64,000 bases of DNA from the IMG/VR virus record IMGVR_UViG_3300021440_000013, positions 152,877 through 216,876 of that record. One strand, written 5' to 3'. The position numbers and the translations under genes are program-made. Of this stretch, positions 31,442 through 40,063 are shown in pieces. How positions within the stretch are numbered: position 1 is the first letter of the stretch; each line of letters opens with the position of its first letter. The notes under the pieces were generated by a model. It did not search any database. It was not told the origin of the DNA and was given only the letters and a program-made list of their open reading frames with translations.

Positions 31442-32027
31442 ATATAATACCGCAGCTTTTACGGATTTACTCACCTATGCAACTGAAGGGGGTGAGGTCA
31501 GTGTGGCGGGAGTTCCTGCGAAATATTTCTGTGGACTTAACGGAGGTTTCTATATCGGAACCAACGGCACGGCTGTGGGTTTTGTTAAATCACTTATCGG
31601 AACCGGATGGGGTTGGATAACCTCGGTACGGGGTCTTTGGATCTATAAAGGTGTCCCACCCACGCTCGGTGAACTTGAAACGTACATCGCAGCGGCGCCA
31701 GTGAAAGTGACAGCGACGGACATCTTCCGGTATAGCGACCTTCTTATCAAATACACACCCCTTACGCAGTCTGTTACAAACACGTCGCTGATTCATAGTT
31801 TTAGTCCAAGCACAGCGACAGCATCAGGCCAAGCATCGTGGTTTATTATCGGTGTCTATGCTGATAATTCGAGCGGTGTTGCTCTTCCCTCATATCTGAT
31901 CATGGGTACCATAACGGAAAGTGCGGGGGGTGGCGACATTGAACTGGCTGATTTAAATATCGTCTCCGGCACGCAGTACCGCCTTCCTCCCTACGAACTT
32001 AAATTCCCTTCTAAACTCTCAAGCTAA
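31431..32027 (+). CDS. small virion protein, paralog type B2
   Basis: IYKGVPPT, FRYSDLL, GQASWF, GGGDIEL, YRL. Confidence 0.6.
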   Translation: MKLKYNTAAFTDLLTYATEGGEVSVAGVPAKYFCGLNGGFYIGTNGTAVGFVKSLIGTGWGWITSVRGLWIYKGVPPTLGELETYIAAAPVKVTATDIFRYSDLLIKYTPLTQSVTNTSLIHSFSPSTATASGQASWFIIGVYADNSSGVALPSYLIMGTITESAGGGDIELADLNIVSGTQYRLPPYELKFPSKLSS

Positions 32028-32042
32028 CAAAGGAAGTAAAAA

Positions 32043-32486
32043 ATGATCACCTCTAAAGGCATGGCCTGCTCGCTGCTTCAGTCGTACCTGATGTCTCTTC
32101 GCACCGTTCAAAGTGCATCAGGGCTTCTTTTGTGTGTCGGAACGCCTCCGACTGACGCCGAAGTCGATACGCTGACCGCTGCTTCCACGATCGTCACGAG
32201 TAATCTGGCATGCACGTTCGATATGACCGGGTTTACCTATGCGCTTAACAACACTACGGAGTTTCCGCCACGTTATGTGCTCTCGGGCTATCCCTACACC
32301 AACACAAAAACTTCCGCCAAAGCCGGCACGATCACCTGGGGTGTCCTCTCAAATGCGGCATGGGGTATTGCAGTGATTGACGTCACGCCTACTAATGGCG
32401 GCGGCATCGTCGAAATCAACACTCCGACTGTCATCGTAGGTACGCCGGTCACGCTCACCAACTGGTCGGTTAAGATCGATCGTTAA
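32043..32486 (+). CDS. small virion protein, paralog type A3
   Basis: LCVGTPPTDAEVDTLT, GTITW, VGTPVTLTN. Confidence 0.6.
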   Translation: MITSKGMACSLLQSYLMSLRTVQSASGLLLCVGTPPTDAEVDTLTAASTIVTSNLACTFDMTGFTYALNNTTEFPPRYVLSGYPYTNTKTSAKAGTITWGVLSNAAWGIAVIDVTPTNGGGIVEINTPTVIVGTPVTLTNWSVKIDR

Positions 32487-32505
32487 TCTTTTTAAGGAGA
32501 AATAT

Positions 32506-33036
32506 ATGTCTGCTCGTTTTCCTCTTGCTACGTTGAACTACCTGCTCCGTACTGCGGGCGCTCCTTCTTCCACGATGGGGGGTCTTGCAGCGCCGTCTAA
32601 GGGCGTCAATAGCGACATCATCCGGATTTATAATGCGGCAGTCCCGGTGCGTGGTCTCTTTATCTTCAAAGGCGTTCCGCCCACTAAAACGGAGCTTGAT
32701 GCTATCGACAACACCGTCTATACGACGGTTGCCACTTCGTTCCGTTACGCTGACCTGCTGCTTCAGTTTGCACCAAGTGTTGCACCCCAGTACGTTGAGG
32801 ATAAAGCGCTCTTTTCGATGCCGCCGGCTACGCCGATTCGCTCGGGTACGGCCTCGTGGTTTATCTTCGGTGCCTTTAATAACAGTGGCGTCACGGAAAC
32901 CCACTCATACATCATGGGTACTGTGGCAATGGACGGAAGTGGCGATCTGAACATCCTTGACACCAATATCGATTCGACGAAGCTGTATCGATTCCCTCAG
33001 TTTGCGTTCCAGGCTCCGAAGAAGTTTGTCTTTTAA
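32506..33036 (+). CDS. small virion protein, paralog type B3
   Basis: IFKGVPPT, FRYADLL, GTASWF, GSGDLNI, YRF. Confidence 0.6.
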   Translation: MSARFPLATLNYLLRTAGAPSSTMGGLAAPSKGVNSDIIRIYNAAVPVRGLFIFKGVPPTKTELDAIDNTVYTTVATSFRYADLLLQFAPSVAPQYVEDKALFSMPPATPIRSGTASWFIFGAFNNSGVTETHSYIMGTVAMDGSGDLNILDTNIDSTKLYRFPQFAFQAPKKFVF

Positions 33037-33059
33037 CCTAAACCACTGAGGTGATCTGT

Positions 33060-34271
33060 ATGCCACTCATCACAGTGGTGCCACAGAGTCGATATAAAAC
33101 AATCGACTTAATAAACCAGGGTGAGATAACACTCACCCCTTCGTTTACTAACTACCGCTATACCAACCTGTTTCCTGTGTCGCTCTCCAAAGACGCAGTG
33201 GTAAACTATCTGGCGTTAAATAGCCAAGACACACTGGTTAAAAACGTCAGTATGGGTTCGGGCAGCAGTTATAGCCTAGGTAGTGATATTGCCACGCTTT
33301 CGAGCTTAGCAACACTACGTAATGGTGATGTCTTTACCCAGTCGAGTGAGATCGTTCTCAATAAACCCAGTGCGCTGATGGGAAATGCCGATGTGTTTAG
33401 TTTTACAAACGACATCGTTCTCAATAAATCAAACGCAATCATGGGGGGTGGAGGTGTTTTTAATCTTACCAGCGACATAACGCCAGGATCTCCATTTGTG
33501 GTCTCAGGGGGTGCGGGAGAGTACAGTCTTTCGTCACCTGGGATAGCGGTTGCGCCTGCGGTCTTGATGGACGATGCACCCACGTCGTATCCGGCTGATC
33601 GAGACACCACTGATCCGTATCTTTACACCAACAACGTTCTTTTGACTGACTTTGAAGGTGCGAACGGAAGCACAAGTCTCACTGATGCGTATGGAAAGTT
33701 ATTTTCCAATAGGACTGGCTTTAGCCTAAGCACAACCAAATCAAAGTTTGGCTCGAGTAGTGGGTACTTTAACGGCGCCACCTATCTTGAAACTCCGCAA
33801 TCAGCACAAGACTATGCTTTTGGAGTCGGGGATTTTACCATCGAGTTCTGGTTTAACACCCCGGCATTACCTGCGTCTGTAGCATGCTTAGTCGATGCGC
33901 GAGACGACAGAACCGGAACGAACGGCTTTTTTGCATACTACCAGTCTAATGGTGTATTCGGTGTATCAGTCGATGGTGGCGCTACTGTTTATCCCACCGC
34001 TATTATTACGGCTAATAAATGGTACCACCTCGCGGTGGTGAGAAACGGAGGGGTTTTACACACATATATTAACGGCAATTCGATTGGGTCTATTGAGTAT
34101 AAATCCAACATGACAGCGCGATCGATGGTGTTTGGAACAGTAATGACCATCAAGACCGGAGGGAGCGGCTGGGAGTTCTACGGCTACATGGATGCACTGC
34201 GTGTTACCAAGGGCGTTGCGCGCTATGTTCATGCGTTCACGCCACCGACGGTTCCATATCCACTTCCTTAA
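33060..34271 (+). CDS. LamG/concanavalin-like lectin domain virion protein
   Basis: SKFGSSSGYFNG, GDFTIEFW, WYHLAVVRNG, GYMDALRVTKGVARY; ~21-aa repeats in the N-terminal half. Confidence 0.8.
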   Translation: MPLITVVPQSRYKTIDLINQGEITLTPSFTNYRYTNLFPVSLSKDAVVNYLALNSQDTLVKNVSMGSGSSYSLGSDIATLSSLATLRNGDVFTQSSEIVLNKPSALMGNADVFSFTNDIVLNKSNAIMGGGGVFNLTSDITPGSPFVVSGGAGEYSLSSPGIAVAPAVLMDDAPTSYPADRDTTDPYLYTNNVLLTDFEGANGSTSLTDAYGKLFSNRTGFSLSTTKSKFGSSSGYFNGATYLETPQSAQDYAFGVGDFTIEFWFNTPALPASVACLVDARDDRTGTNGFFAYYQSNGVFGVSVDGGATVYPTAIITANKWYHLAVVRNGGVLHTYINGNSIGSIEYKSNMTARSMVFGTVMTIKTGGSGWEFYGYMDALRVTKGVARYVHAFTPPTVPYPLP

Positions 34272-34293
34272 TTTGTAATTGCACTTATCATCA

Positions 34294-34325
34294 CAGACAG
34301 GAGGGCCGCAAAGCCCTCCTGTCTG
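34294..34325. terminator. intergenic hairpin, GAGGG family
   Basis: CAGACAGGAGGGC-CGCAAA-GCCCTCCTGTCTG. Confidence 0.65.
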
Positions 34326-34343
34326 ACTGTGTTTTTAAAACAC

Positions 34344-34368
34344 TTCAGTCATATATATTCTACTTGAC
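34344..34368 (+). promoter_or_regulatory. putative phage early-type promoter
   Basis: TTCAGTCATATATATTCTACTTGAC, 24/25 identical to 63425-63449. Confidence 0.6.
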
Positions 34369-34416
34369 TACATAACGCAAGTAGATTTCTTACTCTGATC
34401 TAAGGAGACATGGATC

Positions 34417-34614
34417 ATGCGGCCTATTGTGTTTGTGGAAGTCTTTAGTGAATGCATTGATCTATTCACTGAGGATGAGGTTGTTGAGCTTCAGCGTTTT
34501 GTCGCTGAAGCTCGTGACATCCGCGTCGTGATGACGCTAAAGGCGTTGGTGACAACCCACCGTCTTGGTGTTGAGAAGGCCATCGCTGGCCTTAAAGAAA
34601 CTGTCTGTATCTAA
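34417..34614 (+). CDS. small hypothetical protein
   Basis: 65 aa, AAGGAG upstream. Confidence 0.55.
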   Translation: MRPIVFVEVFSECIDLFTEDEVVELQRFVAEARDIRVVMTLKALVTTHRLGVEKAIAGLKETVCI

Positions 34615-34625
34615 AAGAAAAGACC

Positions 34626-34868
34626 ATGGACGATTTCATTACCTTTATCTACGTTACGAGCATGCTCGTAACAGCTGTTCTCACCACTCTTGGCACCACC
34701 GAGGGAGAACTTAAAATAAAGAAAAAATACCCGGATATTAAAGATAAGGCGGTAACGCGCCTTGTCATTCTGTCAAACGCAGTTACGGTGTTCATGCCGG
34801 TTTTTAACACCGGCATGGTGTTCTTTGCTGCCTGGCTTGTCCTTAAGAAAGTAAAAGAAAGGAGTTAA
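34626..34868 (+). CDS. small membrane protein
   Basis: 80 aa with two or three hydrophobic segments. Confidence 0.6.
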   Translation: MDDFITFIYVTSMLVTAVLTTLGTTEGELKIKKKYPDIKDKAVTRLVILSNAVTVFMPVFNTGMVFFAAWLVLKKVKERS

Positions 34869-34870
34869 CC

Positions 34871-35147
34871 GTGTCGTACGTCGCAGTAAAAAGTCTTTAA
34901 ATGTGTTTTCTGCGGCGTAGAAGAGGCGGAGCAGATCGACCAGTGAAGCTCGATCTGGGATCAGTTGGTCCACGAGACACCTGACATGGCAGTGCTCGAA
35001 GAAAACGGCACTAATCTCTGGAGGCTCGGTAAGGTGTGTGACGCCTGCTGTGAGCGAGGCAAGCCGTACAAAAAAGACGAAATCGCTGAAAGCTTTTTCG
35101 ATCAACTCATCAACAAAGACTTTTTATTGATCAAGGAGAAACTGATC
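34871..35147 (+). pseudogene. possible disrupted Zn-finger protein gene
   Basis: GTG 34871 after AGGAG; removing one A from the A5 run joins to KCVFCG; in-frame TGA at 34944; then VCDACC in the same frame. Confidence 0.35.
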
Positions 35148-35255
35148 ATGCGTAATCTTCTCAAGAACGGGAACGGTTTTATCCGTTCCGTAGTTATCAT
35201 CATTGCAGCTGGAGTGGTCTGGACCTACCAGATCGCTCAGTTGATCGGGGGCTGA
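35148..35255 (+). CDS. 35-aa membrane peptide
   Basis: Own AAGGAG SD; MRNLLKNGNGFIRSVVIIIAAGVVWTYQIAQLIGG. Confidence 0.45.
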   Translation: MRNLLKNGNGFIRSVVIIIAAGVVWTYQIAQLIGG

Positions 35256-35518
35256 TATAAAGCCCCCGTGGACTTGTTTAAAGGCCCTACAGGCGATTTA
35301 AATAAGGAGGGGCTGCATACCCCCTCCTCGCTTTTATTTTTTATCTAGGACTGTTTCTAAACCTTCTATGGCGATATATATCTTAACTGAATCATAGTGT
35401 AATGGTTGCACTTCTTTAGAGTCTCTTCCAAGCTTGAGAGATTTAAAGGAAGATTTTATTTTACAACCTTAACATTGTGGTCAAGCTGACCTTTTTATAA
35501 ACACTTAAGGAGTCCCGT

Positions 35519-35971
35519 ATGTCCAAGCATGAAGTGAATCAAGACGCTGTCGCTTTGATCAAAAAAGCCATCGCTGGTGTTGAAACCGGTGTCTTTGCCG
35601 AAACCGAAAAAGGCTCCGCAGCGACCCAGGTCATGGATCTGTACGAAGTGACCGATCACATGCTCAATCAGACCAACAAGTTCTTGACCGGCTTTAACGC
35701 CGCGGCAACCCAAGCTGTGGGTGAAGCTGCCATCAGCGCCATGGAAAGCGATGCGGACCTGAAGACCGTGTCTGGTGACCTGCATGTGCCGCACATGGGT
35801 TCGATCTCGATCTCGGTCGAGCGTGAGCGTCCCAACACGATCAAACCGGAGCTGGGTCCCACGAAAGGCTCTGTCATCAACAAGATGGAGTTCACTTCCA
35901 ACAAGGCCAACGCAGGTCAACTCAAAGTGGCCCGCGAAGCGATCAAGAGCCTCGCCAAAGAAAAGCTCTAA
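35519..35971 (+). CDS. hypothetical protein, probably highly expressed
   Basis: 150 aa, AAGGAG SD, C/G-ending codon bias, promoter-like motif near 35370. Confidence 0.7.
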   Translation: MSKHEVNQDAVALIKKAIAGVETGVFAETEKGSAATQVMDLYEVTDHMLNQTNKFLTGFNAAATQAVGEAAISAMESDADLKTVSGDLHVPHMGSISISVERERPNTIKPELGPTKGSVINKMEFTSNKANAGQLKVAREAIKSLAKEKL

Positions 35972-35997
35972 GCTTTTTGATGTAAAAAGATGATATT

Positions 35998-36036
35998 AGA
36001 GAGGAGGGCGTTAAGCCCTCCTCTCTTTTCTTTTTT
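35998..36036. terminator. bidirectional terminator-like hairpin
   Basis: AGAGAGGAGGGC-GTTAA-GCCCTCCTCTCT plus T-tract, between convergent genes. Confidence 0.75.
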
Positions 36037-36044
36037 GATCTAAA

Positions 36045-36914
36045 TTAGATCACGTTTCCAACTTTCTTATCTGCCACACTGGTTACCGACTCGGAATACC
36101 CGCGGGTCACGGCTCCCACATCGGCTGCCACAGACTTGATGAAGGACTCACGAATCTGCGGGTTGGCAAAGGTCGTGTTGATCCCGTCGAGGATCTCTTG
36201 GCCATAGGCGCGCGTACCTTCGTTGATGAAGGTAAGCGACGTGAACTCCAAGGAGAGCTCTTTAATGGACAGCGACGAAGTCTTGTCCATCTTGCCTTCG
36301 ATCGGGCCCGTGCCTTGCGGCCACACGTTGGTCGAGATCCAGGTACGGATTACGCGCTTACCCGTGGGGTCCGGCTCGATAAAGGCGATCGTGCCGCCAT
36401 ACCAGTCAGCCAGGTTATCCGACGGACCGCCTCCTTCAAGGGTGGCGGTCAACGGGATCTTGGTCTCAGGATGCATCAGACCATACATGATCCAACGCTC
36501 CAGGAACTGCTGGAAGACGTTGCCGTATTTATCCACCAGGCCAAACGAGAGCGTCGAGCGCTCACGCTTTACATCGGTGAACTCTTGGAACATTTCACCT
36601 GCACCGCCAAAGGCATGTTCTGCCACATCGACCGTCAGGCCAGCCTTGAGGCCCTCGATAGTACGTGCATGTTTTTCGACCATGCACTTCCAGGCCGCGA
36701 CCCATTTGGCCGGATCAGGCATTTTCTGGAAGAACTCAGGTGATTCGAGAACGATCGGAATCAGGTTACGCGGAACGTAAGCTTGGGCAGAAACCCACTC
36801 AGACGGATTAGTAGCCCAGCCGAACTGACCACCAAAGGTCGGGTCGAGCTGGGGATTATCATTCCCCGTAGACCAAGCCTTAGCGCCCAACAGGGCTTCG
36901 GTAAGACGTGCCAT
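36045..36914 (-). CDS. tail tube protein (phiKZ gp30-like)
   Basis: 289 aa directly downstream of the sheath gene; GGQFGW, FIEPDPT, NVWPQGTG. Confidence 0.75.
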   Translation of the reverse strand: MARLTEALLGAKAWSTGNDNPQLDPTFGGQFGWATNPSEWVSAQAYVPRNLIPIVLESPEFFQKMPDPAKWVAAWKCMVEKHARTIEGLKAGLTVDVAEHAFGGAGEMFQEFTDVKRERSTLSFGLVDKYGNVFQQFLERWIMYGLMHPETKIPLTATLEGGGPSDNLADWYGGTIAFIEPDPTGKRVIRTWISTNVWPQGTGPIEGKMDKTSSLSIKELSLEFTSLTFINEGTRAYGQEILDGINTTFANPQIRESFIKSVAADVGAVTRGYSESVTSVADKKVGNVI

Positions 36915-36945
36915 AGTGTATTACTCCTTGATCTTGTTGATGGGT

Positions 36946-39024
36946 TTATTTGCCAGCGTAGTCTTCCATGCGACGGGCGACCACGTAGGCGGTCATTACC
37001 GTCTTCATGCCGTTGGCGTAGATATCCACCGGAACCGTCCAGGAGTAGTTACGCACTTCATCGAGACTCGTGAAATACGCACGCGGAACAATCACGAAGC
37101 GTGCATCGAAACGACCCCGCACTTGCTCAGAGATGTAATCGTTCACCCGCTTGGTAAACTGCGCTGCCGTCAGGTGAGAAACACCCGAGAACGTCCGGTG
37201 TGCCTTATGCAGGATCTTGTTCAGCTGGATGATCGCGCAGGCCGTCAGGTAGCTGGTCAAGACCGACGTGTCGTCGCCATAGACCGTTTTCACCGCTGGG
37301 AAATAGAAGCTGGTCCGATCGTAACGCGATACCCAGTTGAGGCCGGCGTCCCAGTTGCGGTTACGAACGCTATCGGGCACCCAACGGGTTGAGATATCGG
37401 TCTGTGCTTCCACGATCGAGCCCGGATAGCCGTCAAAGTTCTGACCGTTTTTCCAGACACCGTTACCCGCGCCCATGTAGGTCGAGGATTTCAGCAACAG
37501 CTCATAGGTCAGCGGCACCGCCTGAGCCACCTGCGAGCCACGCACCGTGCCCACCGAGCCTTGGATCACACCGCGGAACACCGGCGTACCAAAGTAGGTC
37601 GACTCCGGATGCAGGGCCAGGCGCGATTGCAGGGCGGCCGACACAGAGTATTCTTCCGAGGCACTCAAGGCACGCTCACCGAACTCATTGGGCGAGAGAA
37701 CCACGAAGGTGTCCTTACGCTCAGCCAAGAAGTTGATCAGCTTGTACTTGGTCTCCAGAGGGAAACCCGAGTCGTAGATGTGGCTCTCGACGTGATAAGC
37801 CAGATCGTTCAGCTCGTCGTTCGGGTTCGTGTAGCGCTCCATGTACGCACCGACCAAGTCAGCCAGCACTTGGTTGGTCATGGTGCCGTCCGAGCCACCT
37901 TGTGCGTATACGTTGGTCGAGGTGGAAAAACGCACCGTGTTAACCGCATCGGTAAAGATGTAGCTGTGATACGGCACACCTTGACTCGACACACCGGTCA
38001 CGAAGTTAAAGAGGTGCTTATCGCTTTCGTCGGAACCAAAGTCGCTATCACCGTCGATAAACGGTGCTTCGGCGGCTTGGAACTGGGTCAAGAGCAGATC
38101 GATGTTATCCTGATAGACCTTCATCCGACCAAATTCACCATACGCTTTGGCATAGTTGAGATCGGTCAGGTTCTCGTAGGCCTTGATGGCCCGCTCGCCG
38201 ATGTAAAGGCGTGCGGTCGTGAGCGGATCTTTGACCCCTTCTTTAAACGTAACGGTGATCTGTTGTTCGCCAAAGAGGGTTTCCACAGGTTCAGCGGAAC
38301 CCGTCACCGCGTTTTTACGCACGACGGAGAAGGAGTAGGGGTAAGCCTTTTCCCGCGCCATCAGCTTCGTGGGAAGCTGAGGCGTGTTATCAGCCGTCTG
38401 TGCCCAGAGGCGAATACCAGCCAGATTACCGCTCTTGCCCACAAAGTTGTGCTCAAGCTCAAAGATCGGATAGCGCTGGGATTGAACGCCCGTGGCCGGA
38501 TCGACCTGATCACCCGGTGTAATCGACAACGCACCAAAGTTATCTTGCGCCGCTTGGTTGGCGTAGTTGTCAACCACAAACTTAACCCGGTAGCCCGGAG
38601 TCTGACCCAGTACGATCGGGTCATTGGCAACGTCGAGCTTGATCGAACCGTCGCTGTTTCTTTCGTACAGATCGACTTGGGTCGGCAGTACGTCGAGCCA
38701 TGCACGCAAAGTGGGCTTGGGACCCGCATCAAGCGGGACCATGCGCACAAACATCGCGGCGTTACCTTTCGAGTTTGCACCATTGGCAAACAGCGTTTGG
38801 TGGGTGAAGTACGGCGAGAGCTCGGCAAAAGTCTCATCACCATACATGAGCTTACGCTCGTTACCAACCAGAAGTTCTTCGGTCACAGGCCCTTTCTGGG
38901 CGAAGATAAAGAACTTCGGAAGATGTTGTGGAATTTCTTCAGGTGCACGGGCATACGGCAGGGTACTTTGATCCTGAGTGCCGTAATCCACGACCCCTGG
39001 CGCGCCGTTGACAATCGTCTTCAT
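36946..39024 (-). CDS. tail sheath protein (phiKZ gp29-like)
   Basis: 692 aa; PQHLPKFFIFAQKGP, GGSDG, YDSGFPLETK, HPESTYFGTPVFR. Confidence 0.85.
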   Translation of the reverse strand: MKTIVNGAPGVVDYGTQDQSTLPYARAPEEIPQHLPKFFIFAQKGPVTEELLVGNERKLMYGDETFAELSPYFTHQTLFANGANSKGNAAMFVRMVPLDAGPKPTLRAWLDVLPTQVDLYERNSDGSIKLDVANDPIVLGQTPGYRVKFVVDNYANQAAQDNFGALSITPGDQVDPATGVQSQRYPIFELEHNFVGKSGNLAGIRLWAQTADNTPQLPTKLMAREKAYPYSFSVVRKNAVTGSAEPVETLFGEQQITVTFKEGVKDPLTTARLYIGERAIKAYENLTDLNYAKAYGEFGRMKVYQDNIDLLLTQFQAAEAPFIDGDSDFGSDESDKHLFNFVTGVSSQGVPYHSYIFTDAVNTVRFSTSTNVYAQGGSDGTMTNQVLADLVGAYMERYTNPNDELNDLAYHVESHIYDSGFPLETKYKLINFLAERKDTFVVLSPNEFGERALSASEEYSVSAALQSRLALHPESTYFGTPVFRGVIQGSVGTVRGSQVAQAVPLTYELLLKSSTYMGAGNGVWKNGQNFDGYPGSIVEAQTDISTRWVPDSVRNRNWDAGLNWVSRYDRTSFYFPAVKTVYGDDTSVLTSYLTACAIIQLNKILHKAHRTFSGVSHLTAAQFTKRVNDYISEQVRGRFDARFVIVPRAYFTSLDEVRNYSWTVPVDIYANGMKTVMTAYVVARRMEDYAGK

Positions 39025-39061
39025 GAAACAATCCTCTCTTTAGAAGAAGTGGAGAACAAGA

Positions 39062-40060
39062 ATGAGTTACTACAGAACAAGCTATGAAACAAGTGTCGGC
39101 AAGATCTTCAACATGAAAGAACTTGATCGATCCCTTCGTGAAGCATTGATTACCGGCGGTCTGAGCAGCCGGTCGTTTGGTGTGGAGAGAGTCGGAACTC
39201 AAAAAGCGGTCTTTGTCATCGGGGGTTCTGCTGACGAAAACCAAATCCCGCCCTTCGTTCACCCCTACTTGATCGAGAATTTTAAAGGTGAAGACATTCT
39301 GGTGACAGATATCCGCCTTTTCCGCTCTACGAATCAAGAGTACATTTCGGAGCGTGAGTTTGAGGCAGCGGTTCGTAATAAGACCGAATACGCTCTCTCG
39401 AAGGCGCGCGCCATATTGAGCCTGCTCTGGCTCGATCCGGCCGAGTTTGAAAGACTGCGTGCTCGCTTTCAGTTCGCTGGGACGGTTTACGCCTCCTGGC
39501 TCTCTCAGGCCATCACGCGTGCTTATGCCCTCGACTTTCAAGACCAGACCACGATCACTGCGGTGGGGATCTACTTTTACCACACCCTCTTTAGCAAAGA
39601 AAACCGACTTACCGAGAGAGCGCTCGAAATAGCAGTCATCCATACCATTAAAGCAACAAAATTACCAGCCCAAGAAGTTTACACACTTTTTGAGAGTTTG
39701 GGTGATATTCGCGATATCTCAGAATACTGCGTGAAAGTGCAAAAGGTTGTTGAGAATATCCGCTTGAAAGATTTTAATCTAGCGATGCTTCTCACACTGG
39801 TGAGAAATACGTGGTATGGTACCAACGCCAAAGACCTTCTCTCAGTGGCGCTTGAGCACCCACCGACCTGGATCGCGATCGTCTTCTCCACCCTGACCGA
39901 ACGCAGCTACAAAGGCTCGACGCTCTTTAAAGTGATTGAGTTTAGTGCGCGGCGTGGTAATTCAGATGAGTTCCGAATGAACTTCCTGGAGCTCTTGAAA
40001 AGTAGTGCGCTCGCACTTGAAACCATCGACGAGGAACTCGTTTTTCCCGAGTTTGAATAA
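39062..40060 (+). CDS. virion structural protein (phiKZ gp28-like)
   Basis: 332 aa, divergent from the sheath gene; IPPFVHP, VALEHPPTW. Confidence 0.65.
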   Translation: MSYYRTSYETSVGKIFNMKELDRSLREALITGGLSSRSFGVERVGTQKAVFVIGGSADENQIPPFVHPYLIENFKGEDILVTDIRLFRSTNQEYISEREFEAAVRNKTEYALSKARAILSLLWLDPAEFERLRARFQFAGTVYASWLSQAITRAYALDFQDQTTITAVGIYFYHTLFSKENRLTERALEIAVIHTIKATKLPAQEVYTLFESLGDIRDISEYCVKVQKVVENIRLKDFNLAMLLTLVRNTWYGTNAKDLLSVALEHPPTWIAIVFSTLTERSYKGSTLFKVIEFSARRGNSDEFRMNFLELLKSSALALETIDEELVFPEFE

Positions 40061-40063
40061 ACC

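Noticed and set aside
37561-39087. 508-aa + strand ORF
   Set aside because: Antisense shadow of the tail sheath gene, explained by strong codon bias; no recognisable motifs.
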